Shown piece by piece: positions 60,201 to 64,000 of a stretch of DNA of 64,000 nt. Origin of the DNA: Azolla caroliniana (taxonomy: Eukaryota; Plantae; Polypodiophyta). A program made the translations under genes and the position numbers. Below the pieces are notes generated by a model. The model saw only the letters and a list, made by a program, of their open reading frames with translations. It made no database searches and was not told the origin of the DNA. Every line of letters begins with the position of its first letter. Position 1 is the first letter of the stretch. The stretch is from positions 15,810,001-15,874,000 of the forward strand of contig JBHGNT010000009.1 of NCBI GenBank assembly GCA_043228905.1, written 5' to 3'.

Positions 60201-60769
60201 AGAGGCTACGCAAGATCCAGATGGATCTCTCTACTCACCTTCGTCATGCTCAACACACACAGAAGACTTATGCGGATCGTCATCGGATTCCGTCCTCTTT
60301 TGCCATCGGAGATCGAGTATGGCTCTTACGTCGTCACATCAAGACTACTCGACCGTGTGACAAGTTGGATTATCGACGACTGGGTCCTTTCCGTATTACG
60401 GGGAAGATTAATGATGTCACCTTCCGCCTGGATCTCCCTCCGCAGCTTCAGATACATCCGGTTTTCCATTGTTCTCTTCTTGAACCATATAAAGCAAACA
60501 CCATTCCCGATCGTGTGACACCACCGCCGCCCCCGCTGGAGTTGGACGCCGGCCCGGAGTATGAAGTTGCTGCCATCCTCGATTCCAAACTTGTTCGCAA
60601 CAAACTTTATTACTTGGTCGATTGGCTCGGTTATAGTCCGAGCGAACGTACTTGGGAACCCGTCGAGAATGTTGCCAATGCACAAGATCTTCTTGCTGAT
60701 TTCCACCGAAAGTATCCGGACAAACCCGGTCCGCAGTTAGCGCCGACTCGTTCCACTCGTCGTCTTTAA
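57197..60769 (+). CDS. pol: Chromovirus Pol (PR-RT-RH-IN-chromodomain), uninterrupted, in the -1 frame relative to gag
   Basis: 1190 aa; three amino-acid differences from the G1 Pol by eye. Confidence 0.96.
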   Translation: MSPAKIGAIWLDSSPRSVQPISGSIPSKQVSNVFLAQVIVSTKSTPPVPVLALLDSGANSCFMDRNFAQASQISLRKLPRPASVVVIDGRPIASGNIVEESEPIQVVLGSFVCIISFNIISSPEHPIVLGLPWLELHNPAIDWRTREVRYRPPQESTHRVSTISLHQLREEGPKEAMFLFAISVHPSSTIKKDSSIQLPAKYHPYADVFDKVKAGTLPHHRPYDCPIDLQPGTEPPWGPIYNLSPTELEVLRAYIEENLASGFIRHSKSPAGAPIFFVKKKDGSLRLVVDYRGLNKVTIRNRYALPLISSLLERVNGAKFFTKIDLRGAYNLVRIRPGDEWKTAFRTRYGHFEYTVMPFGLTNAPAVFQHMANDIFRDLLDICLIIYLDDLLIYSKTQEEHDSHVLLVLKRLRENGLYAKLEKCSFDCKQVEFLGYVISSKGIAMDPAKIQTVLECQIPRSVRDVQCFLGFANFYRKFIQDYSKIIVPLTQLTKKGQAFLWSIEADMAFRHLKKAFTSAPILAHVDTSKPFIMEADASDFALGSILSQQGDKEELHPVAFHSRKFNVAEINYEIHDKELLAIVDSFVQWRHFLEGSPHQVIVFSDHKNLAYFQNARVLNRRQARWAQFLTRFNFEITYRPGKQQGKADALSRRSYLAPRPGDATFDNQKQVILGPTRLHTTRIFHTPMDSRITDDIRATLKTDSFAQDILAHIDTSRASCSQSQQPGIDYRQFEYHDGLLFFKKRVYVPDCSCRLQIVQHCHDTHTAGHFGSTKTLELVQRSFWWPHMRRFVDDYVRTCDACCRAKMPRHHPYGLLEPLPIPSKPWQSICLDFITDLPVSKGFDAILTVVDRYTKMAHFVPCTKAITSEETAALVMREVFRHHGLLDSIISDRGPQFVSKFWQHLLRMLKVSCNLSSGYHPQTDGQAERTNQTLEQYLRCFLSYQQDDWAEILHFAEFAYNNAIHSSTRVSPFLVYTGFHPRWSVIDTPELPTNPRAEDHLERLRKIQMDLSTHLRHAQHTQKTYADRHRIPSSFAIGDRVWLLRRHIKTTRPCDKLDYRRLGPFRITGKINDVTFRLDLPPQLQIHPVFHCSLLEPYKANTIPDRVTPPPPPLELDAGPEYEVAAILDSKLVRNKLYYLVDWLGYSPSERTWEPVENVANAQDLLADFHRKYPDKPGPQLAPTRSTRRL

Positions 60770-63700
60770 GGGGGAGATAGTGTCATGGCAAGACTCGAAC
60801 CCATGACTTTATGCTACATGGGTCGAGCTCTTACCATTAGATTAGGAATTGTATTTTGTAGGATATTATTTTCATTTATACTTTATCATAGAAAATTGAT
60901 GTATATTCCAGATCTCTCTGGAACATTCTAGAAGCTTCAAGATTATTCCTAAAAACACTATAAAAGGAGGCACAAGGCATTGTTTTGAACCAAATTGGTT
61001 CAACGCCAGTCTTAAGCCTCTTAGCCGCTTGTACTTATCTTTTCACATAATATATAGTTGCTGTCATCATCTCTATCTCTCATTCTCGCTATCTCTCTCT
61101 CTCTCTCTCCTCTTCTCACTTCCTCTCTCGGGAATCTTACGCAGTCCCGTCCTCTTAGTACTAATAGTACTGTTGTTCTTAGTACTAATTCCATCTCTGT
61201 TTTAGTACTATTCCTGACAGCTTAAGGCTGTATAACGCCTTCTTCAATTAGCAGACTTCCGAAGTGTTCTGTTTGGATAGAAATCCAGGGGGCTGTGCCA
61301 TGTACACCTGTTCCACAAGATCACCTTGCATGAACACATTCTTTACATCCATCTGATGTAGATGCCTCCCCTTTGTCACAGTTATGGCTAACAGAACTTG
61401 CATGGTAGTCATCTTCACGACAGGCACGAAGGTCTCGTTGTAATCGACGTCATGCTTCTGCGTGTAGCCTTTTGCAACCAAACGGACCTTATATCGGTTG
61501 ACCGAGCCGTCGGTGTTGTATTTCACCTTAAACACCCATCTGCATCCGATCGGCTTAACACCTTTAGGTGCGTCAACCAGGTCCCAAGTCTTGTTGTCCG
61601 ATAATGTGCACATCTCTTCCTCCATTGCGGCACGCCAATTTGCATCTTCCGCCGCTACTGCGTAGCTCTCTGGCTCACGCACTTCTGCCACTCGCGTCAT
61701 GTACGCATAATGATGCGCCATGTACTCATTATACCCGTACCTCTTTACGGGGTTCTTCAGGCGGGTAGATCAGTGTAATTCATGATTACCCGATTTCATG
61801 ACCTTTTCGGTTGATTTCGACCCCTTCCGTGGAGGTTCCTTCTTGATTGGCCTAAAGTCAGATTCGTTCCGATCTAACTCGGCACTGCCGAAATCGTATT
61901 CCGACATTTTCTTCTTCCCTTTTTCTTTACGCGTAAACCGTCTCCTCGGTTCTTTACATGGGGACAACATGGCCGAGTCTCCACTACTCGTCGACTCTTC
62001 ATTTGGTTGGCCATCTCGGCCCAACTCCTCATTCAGCCCGTGTAGCCGAAATGAGATCAGACTCTCTCTCAAAGCTCCGATATCCTCATCACGCAGAGGC
62101 ATGTCAGCCTCGTTGACCTCTTCTTCAGAATTCGGAATGGAATCATGAGGTATTGTAGGTGAAGGCAAGTTCCACGAAGCGGACTCGTCAAACACGACAT
62201 CTCGCCTTACGTGAACTTCCTTTGTTCGGGGGTTATAGCACTTATACCCCTTCTTCTCGTCTCAACAGCCGACCAAGATACACTTCTCGGCTTTGGCATC
62301 CAACTTCCTCCTCTTCTCCTTCGGCACATGCACATACGCACTGCTGCCGAAAATCCTCAAGTGTGCTAGGTTCGGCTTCTTTCTGAAATACAACTCGTGT
62401 GGCGATACTCCTCCATTAGCAAAGGTCCAATTTTGCAAGTAAACAACCGTCCTTACGACTTCAACCTAGTAAAACTTCGGCATATGCTTCTCTTCAAGCA
62501 TTGCCCTAGCGACTTCTTCGATTGTCTGATTCTTTCGCTCGGTCACGCCATTCTGCTCCGGTGTGTATCTACATGAGAATTCGTATCAAATTCCTTCCTT
62601 ATGCAGATAACTCGTGAACTGGTCGGAGAAGTACTCCTTCCCGTCATCGGACCATAGGCATTTGATCTTACACCCTGTTTCCCTTTCTGCAAGGTTCTTT
62701 ACCTTCAGGAAACATGTGAAAACTTCGCTCTTCTTTGCGATCGTATATGCCCAGGTATGCCGAGTGAAGTCATTGATGAAGCTTACAAAGTAACGACTAC
62801 CATCAAAGCTCACGTTTTGTGCCGATTCCCATACATCCGAATGGATCAAATCCAGCGGATTTCGACTACGATTACACTCATTGGGGAATGGAAGTCGGTG
62901 CTGCTTCCCAAGTTGGCAGGCTTTGCATACTTGGCCATTATGCCCCCGAAATTTCGACAAACCGAAAACAATGTTCGTCGTCTGCATTTCACAAAGCCAT
63001 GGGAAGTTAACGTAGCCGAACCGCTTGTGCCATAGGTCGATATCCGATTCGACCTTTTGTCCTTTTGCGAACAACGCGGTTCTGGCTTGATTGGTGTCGA
63101 GGATGAGCATCCTCCCTTCACGGCGCCCTTGCGCGATAACTTGGCCTTCCTCTTCGACGTAGCACCCAAGGTGTGTGAATCGAACTTGCATCCCCTGGTC
63201 GACGATCTGACTGACAGACATGTGGTTCTTGGTTAATATCGAGACATGCAACACGTTCATGAGTTTCCCTTTCTGCCCGACGTTGCTGAGGGGAACTTCA
63301 CTGACATGTTCGATGGTATACGAAGTGTCGTCTCCCGTTTCAACCACTCCTTGCTTTTCCGGTTTCTCCAAGTATGAGAACCATTCCTCATGAATCTTCA
63401 TATGATTTGATGCTCCCGAATCAACATACCACACCTCGCTCGATTTCGAGGTGTTCACAACCATCGAATTGGCGTTGTGCTTCATTACGAAGGCTGGGCC
63501 CGATCCATTTCCGGCTCGTTCGGAGTCCTCAACATAGTGCGATTTCTGATGCCTTCCTGTGTCTCTTCCGCTCGATCCGGCTTTGTCCGAATCAGCTCTC
63601 TTCTTCCAACACTCACTCTCCCTGTGGCCTTTCTTGCCACAGTACCAACATTCCGTCACAACCTTCTCTTGACAGCTTCCGGCCATGCTGTGACTCCCCC

Positions 63701-64000
63701 TGCTTCCGGAGGGTTCGGAATTGCTTCTGACATTTCGATTATGTCGCTCGTTCTGCTCTTTTCGGCCATCTCTATTGTGCACCGATCTACCTCGTCCGCC
63801 ACAACTACGGGGCCTATCTTCCTTCGTGTACAACATCCTACCATTGGTGTGCATACTCGTTGATGCACCCACGTGATTTTCCTCCACGAGCAACATCGAA
63901 TGAATATCAAAGAACGAAGGCGTAATCTCCCTTGTGCAGACCGCCGTCTGGAACGCTCCGAACTTTGATGCTAACCCACCAAGACAAACCTACACCATTT

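Larger units (their letters stand above)
55537..61219 (+). mobile_element. Structurally complete, very young chromovirus, copy G2
   Basis: LTRs 55537-55973 and 60781-61219 differ by about 2 substitutions plus a CT-repeat indel (by eye); perfect TSD GCTTA; PPT AAGGGGGAGA. Confidence 0.98.
54628..64000 (-). mobile_element. Decayed Copia (family F, related to A); runs off the right edge; RNase H apparently deleted
   Basis: gag-PR-IN 63896..62586 (WYVDSGASNHM, LIHSDVW), RT 61721..61225 and 55531..54993; probable 3' LTR 54628-54997 (TGTAA..TTACA). Confidence 0.88.

Noticed and set aside
56043-60769. Domesticated PEG10/RTL1-like host gene
   Set aside because: Flanked by near-identical LTRs and a TSD and present in two copies; it is a mobile element.
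43156-61219. G1 and G2 as a segmental duplication or assembly artefact
   Set aside because: They have different perfect TSDs (GCTGG vs GCTTA), different host elements and distinct SNPs, so they are independent insertions.

Overview
Eukaryotic, repeat-dominated land-plant DNA, probably from a non-seed plant such as a fern (inferred from the TE types and the very large TE-filled intron). The one host gene I can support is an intact 8-exon PEX16/SSE1-like peroxin on the minus strand (CDS 28326..5875, 1107 nt, 368 aa). Its fifth intron is 18.9 kb and is about 90% decayed Copia, LINE and hAT-like sequence. Left of the gene is a decayed non-chromovirus Ty3/gypsy element. Right of it is a five-level nest: hAT transposase > L1-like LINE > Copia (TSD CTTTG) > non-chromovirus gypsy with a long extra ORF > young chromovirus (TSD GCTGG), plus solo LTRs. 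A second, near-identical and structurally complete chromovirus copy (TSD GCTTA) sits in another Copia. The most unusual signals are in the chromovirus family: (i) an antisense tRNA-like A-box/B-box module at the very start of each LTR, echoed in an unrelated LTR-like segment; (ii) no tRNA PBS, but a Tf1-like self-priming complement; (iii) a well-formed -1 frameshift signal lying downstream of an in-frame gag UGA shared by both copies. All boundaries were read by eye and no database search was run.
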